Source: Elusimicrobiota bacterium (GTDB taxonomy: Bacteria; Elusimicrobiota; Elusimicrobia; F11). Taken from it: a stretch of 64,000 nt of DNA. The notes under the pieces were generated by a model. That model made no database searches. It worked only from the letters and a program-made list of their open reading frames with translations, and was not told the origin of the DNA. Where the stretch lies: assembly GCA_044221725.1 (NCBI GenBank), contig JBGAON010000002.1, positions 512,001-576,000 of the forward strand. Direction: 5' to 3'. Shown one piece after another: positions 42,801 through 51,900 of the stretch; within the stretch, counting starts at the first letter, position 1; each line of letters begins with the position of its first letter. Made by a program: the position numbers and the translations under genes.

Positions 42801-43493
42801 ATGATTAAAGTCGCCTGCGCCGATTTTCCCGTTGGGAGAAAAACATACGAATCGAAGCTTCGAACCGTTGAGCTTGATCAACTGTTCGACAAAACGCCGC
42901 GCCCCGAAACGATTCTCAAATGGAAGAACGAAGCGCCCGATCAGTTTGATTTTATCGTCTGTGCATCCAAACTGATCACGCACGCCCCAACCGCTCGCGC
43001 GCACAGCACGCGCACAAGATCGCTGAGCACCGGCTCGTTCGCCGATTCGGCGATTGTTCGGCAGGCCTATACCAATACGCTGCAGATTGCGGAAGTTCTG
43101 CGCGCTCGTCTTGTGTTTTTCAAACTTCCATCGACGTTCGCTCCGAACGCCGACAACATTCAACGACTGCAGCGATTTTTCTCGCAAAAGCGTGGCCATA
43201 TTCTTTTTGTGTGGGAACCACCGATCTCGTGGCCACTGAATCTTATCGATGAACTTTCGGAAACCTATCGCATCATGCCGGTGATGAACCCGCTCGGAAA
43301 ACTGAAACCGACGCCGAATTCTCCAATGCGCTATTACCGCTTGGGGGGAAACGGAAAAACGTCCGGCACCGGCACAATTTCGTACGAAGAAATGAAAAAA
43401 GTGAAATCGCTCTGCGACACACCCCTCTGCTACGTCGTTTTCAACAACGGCCCCACCGCGTTCGAAGACGCCGTGAAATTTTCGCTGCTGTGA
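42801..43493 (+). CDS. DUF72-family protein (divergent)
   Basis: TVEL..LF...P, W....P..F.F, LITH and FNN pattern typical of DUF72. Confidence 0.6.
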   Translation: MIKVACADFPVGRKTYESKLRTVELDQLFDKTPRPETILKWKNEAPDQFDFIVCASKLITHAPTARAHSTRTRSLSTGSFADSAIVRQAYTNTLQIAEVLRARLVFFKLPSTFAPNADNIQRLQRFFSQKRGHILFVWEPPISWPLNLIDELSETYRIMPVMNPLGKLKPTPNSPMRYYRLGGNGKTSGTGTISYEEMKKVKSLCDTPLCYVVFNNGPTAFEDAVKFSLL

Positions 43494-43505
43494 GAAGCGC
43501 TGGGT

Positions 43506-43597
43506 CGTCATTCCCGCGAAAGCGGGAATCCAGGTCTTAAACTTTAGTTAAAAAGTATGAAACCATGCGTTTACTTGCTAACCAATCGGGAATGACG
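43506..43597. repeat. Palindromic element family B, right arm partly deleted
   Basis: Left arm identical to the 36582 copy; right end CGGGAATGACG. Confidence 0.8.
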
Positions 43598-43602
43598 ATT
43601 CA

Positions 43603-45321
43603 ATGTTAAACCCCGTTCTTGCAACAATTCTTTATGAAATGGGGGACTTGTTGGATTTGGCGGGCGATAATCCGTTTCGGATTCGCGCGTTTCGGCGCGC
43701 GGCGCAGACGGTTGAAACCTATCCAGAAGATTTTGGAAATCTCTCGCGCGAACAGATGCTCGCGATCCCGGGAATTGGAAAAGGTATTTGCGACATTGTC
43801 GATGAAGTCAAAGGCCGCGGAAAGAGTGCCGAACACCTGAAGCTGAAGCAGAAATTTCCAGAAGGCGTGCTGCAAATCATGCGTTTGGGCGGCGTGGGCC
43901 CGCGCCGCGCGGCACAACTATTTCGAGAACTGAAAATCGATTCGCTTCCGAAGCTCGAAGCCTCCGCAAAACGCGGTCTTCTTCAGAAACTCGCGGGCTT
44001 TGGCGACAAACTCGAACAAAAAATTCTCAAGAACATTGCGTATGCTGAGTCGACCGGCAAACGATTGATTGTAACCCAAGCGCGCGCGTTGGCCGAAGGT
44101 TTGCGCGCGCACCTATTGAAGTCTCCCCACATTCAACAGTTGGAGCTGGCCGGCTCGGCACGCCGTTGGAAAGAAACGGTCGGCGATCTTGATTTTCTGT
44201 GCACGAGCGACCGACCGAAAGACGCAATCGCTCATTTTTTGAAATCGGCCAGTATCAAACAGAACTTGGGCGCGGGCGACACGAAGGCCAGCGTGCAACT
44301 CGCGAGCGGCGTGCAAGTGGATTTTCGTGTGGTGGACGCCTCAAGCTTCGGCGCCGCGCTTTTGTATTTCACGGGATCCAAAGAGCACAACGTGCGCCTG
44401 CGCGAATTGGCCCAAAAAAAGGGCATGACACTGAACGAGTATGGTCTTTTCAAAATTTCAGATAAAGAACAAAAGAAACCCGTCGCTGGTAAAACGGAAC
44501 AGGAGGTCTACGAAAAACTTGGAATGCAATGGATTCCGCCGGAACTCCGCGAAGATCGAGGAGAAATCGACGCTAGCTTAAAAAACCAACTGCCCGATTT
44601 AATCGACGTTGAAGACGTCCTCGGCGATTTCCACAACCACACGAAACTTTCCGACGGCGCGCATTCACTTGAAGAAATGGTGGACGCCGCACAAAAACAC
44701 GGCTGGAAATGGTTTTTTAGTGGTGATCATTCGCCCTCGTTAACCATCGCGCACGGCTTGCCGGTTCCGGTGCTCAAACAGAAAATGAACGCGATCCAGA
44801 AATTAAACAAATCAATGAACGATTTTTCGGTGTATTCGAGCTCCGAAGTTGATATCTTGCCACAAGGAAAAATGGATTATCCGGCGGAAACACTCAAAGA
44901 ATTGGATTGCGTCATCGCGAGCGTTCACTCGCGATTTAATCAATCGGAACAAGAGATGACCGAGCGTATTTGCACGGCACTCAAAAATCCGGACGTGGAT
45001 ATTCTCGGCCATTTGTCGGGCCGGTTGCTGCAGCGCCGTGACAGTTACGCGCTAAACGTGGAAGAGGTGCTGCAAACGGCAAAAAAAACCGAAACGGCCA
45101 TTGAGATTAACGGCCAACCCGAACGACAGGAATTAACCGACGTGCACGTGAAACGCGCGATCGAACTTGGCATTCCGTTGGCGCTCAACACCGACGCCCA
45201 TTCGATGCAGGAACTTGAACACATGACGCTCGCCGTGCACATTGCGCGGCGCGGCTGGGCCGAACCCAAGCACATCATTAACTGTCTATCAGCGCAGGAA
45301 ATTATTGAATGGCTTCATTAG
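43603..45321 (+). CDS. polX: DNA polymerase X / PHP exonuclease
   Basis: HhH motifs, GS.RR, GDLD and FTGSK.HN; PHP motifs DFHNHT and NTDAH. Confidence 0.92.
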   Translation: MLNPVLATILYEMGDLLDLAGDNPFRIRAFRRAAQTVETYPEDFGNLSREQMLAIPGIGKGICDIVDEVKGRGKSAEHLKLKQKFPEGVLQIMRLGGVGPRRAAQLFRELKIDSLPKLEASAKRGLLQKLAGFGDKLEQKILKNIAYAESTGKRLIVTQARALAEGLRAHLLKSPHIQQLELAGSARRWKETVGDLDFLCTSDRPKDAIAHFLKSASIKQNLGAGDTKASVQLASGVQVDFRVVDASSFGAALLYFTGSKEHNVRLRELAQKKGMTLNEYGLFKISDKEQKKPVAGKTEQEVYEKLGMQWIPPELREDRGEIDASLKNQLPDLIDVEDVLGDFHNHTKLSDGAHSLEEMVDAAQKHGWKWFFSGDHSPSLTIAHGLPVPVLKQKMNAIQKLNKSMNDFSVYSSSEVDILPQGKMDYPAETLKELDCVIASVHSRFNQSEQEMTERICTALKNPDVDILGHLSGRLLQRRDSYALNVEEVLQTAKKTETAIEINGQPERQELTDVHVKRAIELGIPLALNTDAHSMQELEHMTLAVHIARRGWAEPKHIINCLSAQEIIEWLH

Positions 45322-45713
45322 ACCGACGCAAAATTCCGATTTCCAAATCACCGATTTGGCCGGCACTCTTATCGGCGCTCGTGGCGCCGGGCGTCGGCCA
45401 ATTGGCCAACCGCGATTTTGGAAAAGGGATTTTCTTGCTGGTCTCTTCCGTCGCATCGTTCGTTTGGTTTTCGAAAGTTGTGACCGAACGGCTATCGACG
45501 TTGTTGCCTGGAACACCGGAGCAGTGGGCCACCAATCCCGACGTTATGCGCGAAGCGCTCTTGAAGCTGGTGGGGGAAAACGGCGAAATGTTCGTGACGT
45601 TTCAAGTTTTGATTCTTCTCATTTGGGGTTTTGCCGTGCTCGACGCGTATTTCACCGCGCGAAAATTGCGAACAAACACTGTGACAAATGAAGATCCAAA
45701 CACTCTCGGTTGA
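45309..45713 (+). CDS. Hypothetical membrane protein
   Basis: LSALVAPG.GQ...KG motif, TM helices and DAY. Confidence 0.65.
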   Translation: MASLDRRKIPISKSPIWPALLSALVAPGVGQLANRDFGKGIFLLVSSVASFVWFSKVVTERLSTLLPGTPEQWATNPDVMREALLKLVGENGEMFVTFQVLILLIWGFAVLDAYFTARKLRTNTVTNEDPNTLG

Positions 45714-46371
45714 TCAGGCGCGAAAACTCGACACGCGCGCCGAAAGCGAGTTTGGCATTCCGCTCTTGTTGCTAATGGAAAACGCCGGCATTGGACTTGC
45801 CGGCTACATCCGGCAGTACATGATTCCGCCGATCAATCGTTGCCGCGTTGCGATGATTTGTGGGACCGGAAATAAAGCGGGCGACGCGTTCGTGGCGGCG
45901 CGCCATTTGTATCAAACGGGAATTCTCTGCGACGTTTTTCTGGTCGGTGAGGAGCCGCGCATGAAAGAAGAGGCGGCGATAAATTTTCGTATCATCAAGA
46001 ACCTCGGAATCCCCTGCAAACCAATTGGCGAATTCGAGAAGGAAACGCAGCGATGGAGTTTCGTTCCGGTGCTGATCATCGACGCGCTCCTCGGAACCGG
46101 TTTCAAGGCGCCTTTGCGCGAACCGTTCCTCAGCGCGGTTCGTCGGATCAACAAATTTAAAAAGCTTCACAACTGTTCGGTAAAAGTGGTCGCCGTGGAT
46201 TTGCCGTCGGGGCTCGATGGGGATGAGGGGCCTCTCAACGAAGATGTGGTGCGAGCGGACTTAACGGTCACGTTCGCGTGCCTCAAAAAAGGCATGTCGA
46301 AACCCGAGGCGCGCGCGTTCGTTGGCCGAGCGGAAGTCGTTGATATTGGGATTCCAGAGAAATTATTCTGA
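45688..46371 (+). CDS. nnrE: NAD(P)H-hydrate epimerase (YjeF N-terminal, stand-alone)
   Basis: LMENAG, G.GNKAGD, DALLGTG, AVDLPSG and DIGIP motifs. Confidence 0.85.
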   Translation: MKIQTLSVDQARKLDTRAESEFGIPLLLLMENAGIGLAGYIRQYMIPPINRCRVAMICGTGNKAGDAFVAARHLYQTGILCDVFLVGEEPRMKEEAAINFRIIKNLGIPCKPIGEFEKETQRWSFVPVLIIDALLGTGFKAPLREPFLSAVRRINKFKKLHNCSVKVVAVDLPSGLDGDEGPLNEDVVRADLTVTFACLKKGMSKPEARAFVGRAEVVDIGIPEKLF

Positions 46372-46386
46372 CAGGAGGAGTGGAGG

Positions 46387-46620
46387 ATGATTACAGGACT
46401 CGTTTTGGTTCGACTGCAAGCTGGAAAAGAAAACCAAGCTTTGGTCAAAATTAAAGAAATCAAAGGGATTTCTCACGTCTCCGCTGTGTATGGTCGTTGG
46501 GACTTGGTCGTGGATATCGAGACCGATGATATGGCGTCCATGAGTCGTCTTGTCGTGGAAAAAATCCGCACGATTCCCGGAGTGTTCAATACCGAAACGC
46601 TCGTCACTACCGCCATATAG
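46387..46620 (+). CDS. Stand-alone Lrp/AsnC ligand-binding (RAM) domain protein
   Basis: V.G.WD.VV...I..IPGV..TET pattern with no HTH; GGAGG RBS. Confidence 0.8.
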   Translation: MITGLVLVRLQAGKENQALVKIKEIKGISHVSAVYGRWDLVVDIETDDMASMSRLVVEKIRTIPGVFNTETLVTTAI

Positions 46621-46629
46621 CGGCGCCGC

Positions 46630-47907
46630 ATGATCAGAACTCTCACCGAGGCGCCGCATCCGTTTAAGGGAACAGAAATTCACACGCTCCCAAACGGGCT
46701 TCAAATCATTCTCAAATCCGACCCGACGGTTCCCGTCGTAGCGCTCCAAGCCTGGACACGTTGCGGCGCCATCGATGAAGCCCCCAATATTTACGGTATT
46801 TCGCACGGCCTCGAACACATGGTGTTCAAGGGCACACCAAAACGGAGCGCCGGAGAAATTACCCGCGCCGTCGAATCCAGCGGCGGTTCAATGAACGCTG
46901 CCACTCAGCTCGAAACCACGCATTATTACATCGACATTCCTGCTTACTCGGCGAAGAAAGCCATCGACGTTCTGGCCGACACAATTTTAAATCCGACATT
47001 TCCCCAGGAAGAATTGGAGCGGGAACGGCTTGTCATTCTCGAAGAGATACATCGCCGCGACGACAGCCCCGACGCCACGCTTTGGGACGAATTTGCGTCG
47101 CATGTTTTCCATAACACACCGTATGGCATCAAAGTGATCGGGAGCGTCGAAACCGTTTCCGCTATGTCACGCGAAGATTTGCTGACGTATTTTGGAGCGC
47201 ATTACGTCCCGTCCAAGATGAGCATTGTCGTCGCCGGGGATTTCAAAAAAGACGCGGTGCTCAAGCAATTGACCGCTCTATTCGAGAATCAACCGTTCAA
47301 AAAACCACCGGTGACGCCGACCGTCGAAATTCAAGCGATCGCGACACCAACGCGCACGATTATTCAGAAGCCCGTTCAGCAGACGTATTTTGCAATGGGA
47401 CTCCCCACGATGGGATTTGGGGATCCGGATGTTGTTGGTCTCGATCTTTTGGCCGATGTTTTGGGCGGTGGTGCAAGCGCACGGCTTTATCAGCGACTCA
47501 GAGAGGAAAGCCAAACAGTTCTTTCAATCTCGTGTGATTATGTGCCGTTTCAACAACGGGGACTGTTCGCGTTCTTTGGCGAAGCGAAACCAGAGAAAGC
47601 TCAGGAAGCGATCTGGAGACTAACCGAGGAGGTCGATCGCTTAAAAACCGTGCCGGTGCAACCGGCGGAACTCGCGCGCGCGAAAGCGCGGATAAAAAGC
47701 GAATGGCTGCATGGATCCGAAACTCCGCACGGACAGGCGAACACGCTGGGCTCCTTGAGCGTGCTTGGCCACACGGAATTTATTAATACCTACCTTGCGC
47801 AGATCGATGCGATGAGACCCGATGATTTGATGGAAGTCTATCGGCGGCACCTGGAAGACAAGGCGTTTTTCACGACGATGGTCGTGCCCGAGACCGCGCG
47901 CTCATGA
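46630..47907 (+). CDS. M16B zinc peptidase, catalytic subunit
   Basis: HGLEH (HXXEH) motif, LPNGL and E..VILEE. Confidence 0.9.
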   Translation: MIRTLTEAPHPFKGTEIHTLPNGLQIILKSDPTVPVVALQAWTRCGAIDEAPNIYGISHGLEHMVFKGTPKRSAGEITRAVESSGGSMNAATQLETTHYYIDIPAYSAKKAIDVLADTILNPTFPQEELERERLVILEEIHRRDDSPDATLWDEFASHVFHNTPYGIKVIGSVETVSAMSREDLLTYFGAHYVPSKMSIVVAGDFKKDAVLKQLTALFENQPFKKPPVTPTVEIQAIATPTRTIIQKPVQQTYFAMGLPTMGFGDPDVVGLDLLADVLGGGASARLYQRLREESQTVLSISCDYVPFQQRGLFAFFGEAKPEKAQEAIWRLTEEVDRLKTVPVQPAELARAKARIKSEWLHGSETPHGQANTLGSLSVLGHTEFINTYLAQIDAMRPDDLMEVYRRHLEDKAFFTTMVVPETARS

Positions 47908-49193
47908 GAAAACTTTCGCTCAAGGAATTCCGATTTCCGAACGGTCTAACGCTTATTCATCTGCACACGCAAAATGATCCGATCTCGGCGTGCCACTTGT
48001 TTTTGCCGGGTGGAACGAACCGCGAAACGGACAAAAATGCCGGCATCACGTTTCTCATGTGGTCGATGCTCACAAAAGGCACCGATCACAGAAACGCACG
48101 GCAGATCGCCGAGGACATTGAATCGATTGGCGCCTCGATCGGCGCCGGTACGACCCACGACTATTCGGAAATTTCCTGTCACGCGGTATCCGACTATTTC
48201 GTTCCCGCGCTCGACATCATGGGCGAGATGTTGTTCCGTCCAGCGTTCGCGGCATCCGAGGTAGAAAAAGAGCGCGCAGCGCTTATGGCCGGCATTCGGT
48301 CGAAAAAAGAAAGTATTTTCACGGTGGCGAACGAGCAACTAAACAAGAATTTGTACGGCGCGCATTCGTACGCTCGGCCGTCGAGCGGCACCGAGGGAAG
48401 TGTGGCCTCCCTCCAGCGGTCCGATATCCTTCAATGGCACAAGAAAACCTTCATTCCCGATCAAGCCATCTTTGTCGTCGCATCAAATCTTAAATTTGAA
48501 CAGGTGAAGCACGAGACCGCGCGGTTGTTTGGCCCGCGCATCTGGAAGAAAAGCGGCGAGAAAGTTCGCAAACCGGTCTACACCACGCCGTTCAAAACGG
48601 CAAAAAACATTGCGCTAAAGGAAAAATTTGAGCAAGCCTATTTGCTGATCGGATTCGCGGCACCACCAATTTCATCGAAAGACTACGTTCCTCTAAAAAT
48701 ATTGAACGCTTGCCTGGGCGGCGGAATGAGCGCACGACTTTTCCAACAGCTGCGCGAACAGGAAGGACTCGCTTACGATGTCGGCGCGTTTTACGCGTCA
48801 AAGAAACTCGGCAGCGCGTTCGTGACGTACATGGGACTTCAACCGTCCCGACTCGAGGAAGCAAAGAAAAGAATCCACGCGGTGCTTCAAGATGTATTGT
48901 CGAGGCCAATTCCCGAGAAAGAGCTTTCCGAAACAAAGAACTACATCAAAGGCACCTACATTCTTGATCATCAGACCAACAGTCAGCGCGCTCATTATCT
49001 CGGCTGGTGGAAAATGCTGGGGCTCGGCACGCAGTTTGACTCCACGTACATCAAACAAATCGACCGCGTCACGAGCCGCGAGCTGCACCGCGTCGCGAAG
49101 AAAGTGCTCGGGGGGAAATCAATCACGGTAGAAATCACTCCGATAAAGATAAAAAATCCTAATCCCTCTCCCTTTAGGGAGAGGGTAGGGTGA
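47904..49193 (+). CDS. M16B peptidase, non-catalytic subunit
   Basis: M16 fold motifs (SARLF..LRE..GLAY) without HXXEH; the last codons and stop come from a palindrome. Confidence 0.85.
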   Translation: MRKLSLKEFRFPNGLTLIHLHTQNDPISACHLFLPGGTNRETDKNAGITFLMWSMLTKGTDHRNARQIAEDIESIGASIGAGTTHDYSEISCHAVSDYFVPALDIMGEMLFRPAFAASEVEKERAALMAGIRSKKESIFTVANEQLNKNLYGAHSYARPSSGTEGSVASLQRSDILQWHKKTFIPDQAIFVVASNLKFEQVKHETARLFGPRIWKKSGEKVRKPVYTTPFKTAKNIALKEKFEQAYLLIGFAAPPISSKDYVPLKILNACLGGGMSARLFQQLREQEGLAYDVGAFYASKKLGSAFVTYMGLQPSRLEEAKKRIHAVLQDVLSRPIPEKELSETKNYIKGTYILDHQTNSQRAHYLGWWKMLGLGTQFDSTYIKQIDRVTSRELHRVAKKVLGGKSITVEITPIKIKNPNPSPFRERVG

Positions 49194-49258
49194 GGGCCTC
49201 CCTGGGATCCCTCACCCGGCCGCCTTCGGCGACCGACCTCTCCCTAAAGGGAGAGGTG
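49164..49258. repeat. Palindromic element family C (CCCTCTCCC...GGGAGAGGGTAGGGTGAGGG / CCCTCACCC...CCTCTCCC...GGGAGAGG)
   Basis: Nested inverted repeats; related to the unit of the 56251 array. Confidence 0.8.
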
Positions 49259-50860
49259 ATTCTTCTTTTCCTATTTCTCCTTTCCGCCTGCAATCCGATA
49301 AAAACCCACAAACTCACTTACGACAAATCAAAAGTCGACCTCACGCCGGTGAACGGCGGCTCCTATGTTGAAGCTTCAATTGGTGATGCCTCTTTTCTAA
49401 ATCCTCTGCTCGCCACCGACTCCGCGTCAAACGACATCAACGGGAATGTTTTCAACGGTCTCGTGAAATATGACAAAGACATCAACCTCGTGGGCGACTT
49501 GGCCGAACACTGGGAAATTGCCGATGGCGGCCGGAAAATCACGTTCCATTTGCGCAAAGACGTTCTGTGGCACGACCGCGAGCCGTTCACGTCGGCCGAC
49601 GTGCTGTTCACCTACAAAACGTTGATCAATCCAAAAATCCGCACGGCGTTCGCATCCGATTATCAATTGGTCGCCAGCGCGGAAACACCGGACGCTTACA
49701 CGTTTCGCGTCACCTACAAAGAACCGTTCGCACCGGCGCTTGAATCGTGGGGCATGGGAATTATTCCGAAACATATTTACGAGGGTCACGACGTGAACAC
49801 GTTCGAAGCGAACCGCCATCCGATTGGAACAGGGCCCTTCATGTTTAAAGAATGGGTTCCGGATGAAAAAATCATTCTCGTGGCGAACCCCAATTATTTT
49901 CGCGGGCGGCCACCGATCGATCGCTACGTGTACCGCATTATTCCGGACATGTCCGTGCAATTTTTGGAACTTCGCCAAGGCACGCTCGGCGGAATGACAC
50001 CGACCCCGGATCAATACAACGGCTATCCCGAATTTTTTGAGTCGTACGACAAATATCATTACCCGGCGTTTCGCTACGACTACGTGGCGTTCAATTTATT
50101 GAATCCGATGTTCACGGACGTGCGCGTGCGCCGCGCCATTTCGGAGTCTATCAATCGCAAGGAAATCATCGAGGGCGTGTACCAAGGGCTCGCGGTGCCG
50201 GCGACAGGCCCTTTTCCTCCGACAAGCTGGGCCTATAATCCAGACGTTCCACGAACGCCCTACGACTTGGCCAACGCCAAAAAGTTGTTGGCGGATGCCG
50301 GATGGACCGATCACGACAACGACGGAATCCTCGACAAAGGCGGCAAACCGTTTGAATTCACATTGTCCACGAACCAAGGCAACAAGGTGCGTGAGTCGAT
50401 GGCGCAAGTGATTCAGAACAGTCTCGCCAAGATCGGCATTCGCATGAACATTCGTATCGTCGAGTGGTCGGTTTTTATTCACAAATATGTCGATGAACGC
50501 CAGTTCGACGCCGTGCTCCTTGCGTGGAATCTATCGCGCGACCCGGATTGCCATCCGATTTGGCATTCGAGCAACACAAAGGTGGGGCAGTACAACTTTG
50601 TGAATTACAAAAATTCCGAGGTGGACCGACTCATCGAGGAAGGACGTCGCACGTTTGATGTTGAGAGACGAAAGACGATCTACCGAAAAATTCATGAGCT
50701 CATCGCGAACGACGTGCCCTATGCATTTCTTGTGGTGCCCGAATCGCTACCGGTCGTGCATAAAAAATTCATCGGCGTCCACCAAGCGCCGGCCGGCATC
50801 GGCTGGAATTTTGATAAGTGGTTTATTCCCAAAGAGTGGCAAACCGAGTTCGCGTCGTGA
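49256..50860 (+). CDS. Peptide ABC transporter substrate-binding lipoprotein (family 5)
   Basis: Lipobox LSAC, L..DLAE.W, IGTGPF and VRRAI motifs; start GTG 49256 (alternative 49190). Confidence 0.9.
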   Translation: MILLFLFLLSACNPIKTHKLTYDKSKVDLTPVNGGSYVEASIGDASFLNPLLATDSASNDINGNVFNGLVKYDKDINLVGDLAEHWEIADGGRKITFHLRKDVLWHDREPFTSADVLFTYKTLINPKIRTAFASDYQLVASAETPDAYTFRVTYKEPFAPALESWGMGIIPKHIYEGHDVNTFEANRHPIGTGPFMFKEWVPDEKIILVANPNYFRGRPPIDRYVYRIIPDMSVQFLELRQGTLGGMTPTPDQYNGYPEFFESYDKYHYPAFRYDYVAFNLLNPMFTDVRVRRAISESINRKEIIEGVYQGLAVPATGPFPPTSWAYNPDVPRTPYDLANAKKLLADAGWTDHDNDGILDKGGKPFEFTLSTNQGNKVRESMAQVIQNSLAKIGIRMNIRIVEWSVFIHKYVDERQFDAVLLAWNLSRDPDCHPIWHSSNTKVGQYNFVNYKNSEVDRLIEEGRRTFDVERRKTIYRKIHELIANDVPYAFLVVPESLPVVHKKFIGVHQAPAGIGWNFDKWFIPKEWQTEFAS

Positions 50861-50876
50861 CCGCAATTCGTAAAAA

Positions 50877-50907
50877 TGGGCCCTGGGTAGAGACATTCCA
50901 GAGCGAC
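50877..50907. repeat. Half copy (right arm) of palindromic family A
   Basis: TGGGCCCTGGGTAGAGACATTCCAGAGCGAC matches the right arms of the 35481 and 53607 copies. Confidence 0.7.
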
Positions 50908-50915
50908 AAGAGCTT

Positions 50916-51890
50916 ATGATCTCCTATATTTTTAAACGCTTGCTCGGAACTGTTCCGATGCTGATCGGGATTTCGTTCATCACCTATCTCACCATCTTTC
51001 TCGCGCCGGGGGGGCCGGCCGCTGGCATCATGCAGGACTTAAATCCCAAAGTATCCGCCGAATACAAACAGAAACTCGTTGAGCATTTCCACTTCGACAA
51101 ACCGGTGCATGTGCAATATTTCTTGTGGGTCAAACGCATGGTGAAGCTCGACTTTGGCGAGTCGTACAAAGACAATCAGCCGGTATTGAAAAAAATTGCG
51201 ACGCGCCTGCCGCGAACGCTGTTGCTCACGTCGCTGTCGCTCCTTTTCACGTTTTTGCTCGCCGTGCCGATCGGAATGTTCTCGGCGCTGAAACAAAATT
51301 CGATCTGGGACCGGCTGCTGACCGTATTTGTGTTTATTGGATTCTCGGTGCCCGCGTATTGGGTCGCGCTATTGCTTATGATTTTCTTTGGTATTAACCT
51401 CGGATGGTTGCCCATCACAGGTTTTCGTTCGATTGTCGCTGACGAAATGACGACGGGGCAACAGATTATCGATATCGCGCGTCACCTGGCTTTGCCGATA
51501 ATCGTAACTAGCCTCACGAGCTTGGCCGGTCTGTCTCGCTACATGCGAAACGGAATGCTCGAAGTGATCCAACAAGATTACATTCGGACGGCTCGCGCCA
51601 AAGGCCTTCCGGAATCGAACATCATCCTCGTGCACGCGCTGCGCAACACGCTCATTCCCGTGATCACAATTCTCGGTTTTGCGCTGCCGGAATTGATTTC
51701 CGCCGGGGTTATTTTTGAAACGATTTTTTCTTATCCTGGGTTGGGACGATTGGCTTACGAAGCGGCCATGTCGCGCGACACATTTCTCATCATGCCAACC
51801 GTCACGCTCGGCGCTATGCTGACACTGGTCGGAAACTTGGTGGCGGACGTCTGCTACGCGTTGGCGGACCCGAGAATTCGGTACAAATAA
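50916..51890 (+). CDS. Peptide ABC permease (OppB/DppB-like)
   Basis: DFG.S, QDYIRTARAKG, HALRN and ADPRI motifs. Confidence 0.92.
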   Translation: MISYIFKRLLGTVPMLIGISFITYLTIFLAPGGPAAGIMQDLNPKVSAEYKQKLVEHFHFDKPVHVQYFLWVKRMVKLDFGESYKDNQPVLKKIATRLPRTLLLTSLSLLFTFLLAVPIGMFSALKQNSIWDRLLTVFVFIGFSVPAYWVALLLMIFFGINLGWLPITGFRSIVADEMTTGQQIIDIARHLALPIIVTSLTSLAGLSRYMRNGMLEVIQQDYIRTARAKGLPESNIILVHALRNTLIPVITILGFALPELISAGVIFETIFSYPGLGRLAYEAAMSRDTFLIMPTVTLGAMLTLVGNLVADVCYALADPRIRYK

Positions 51891-51900
51891 AGGAAAAATA

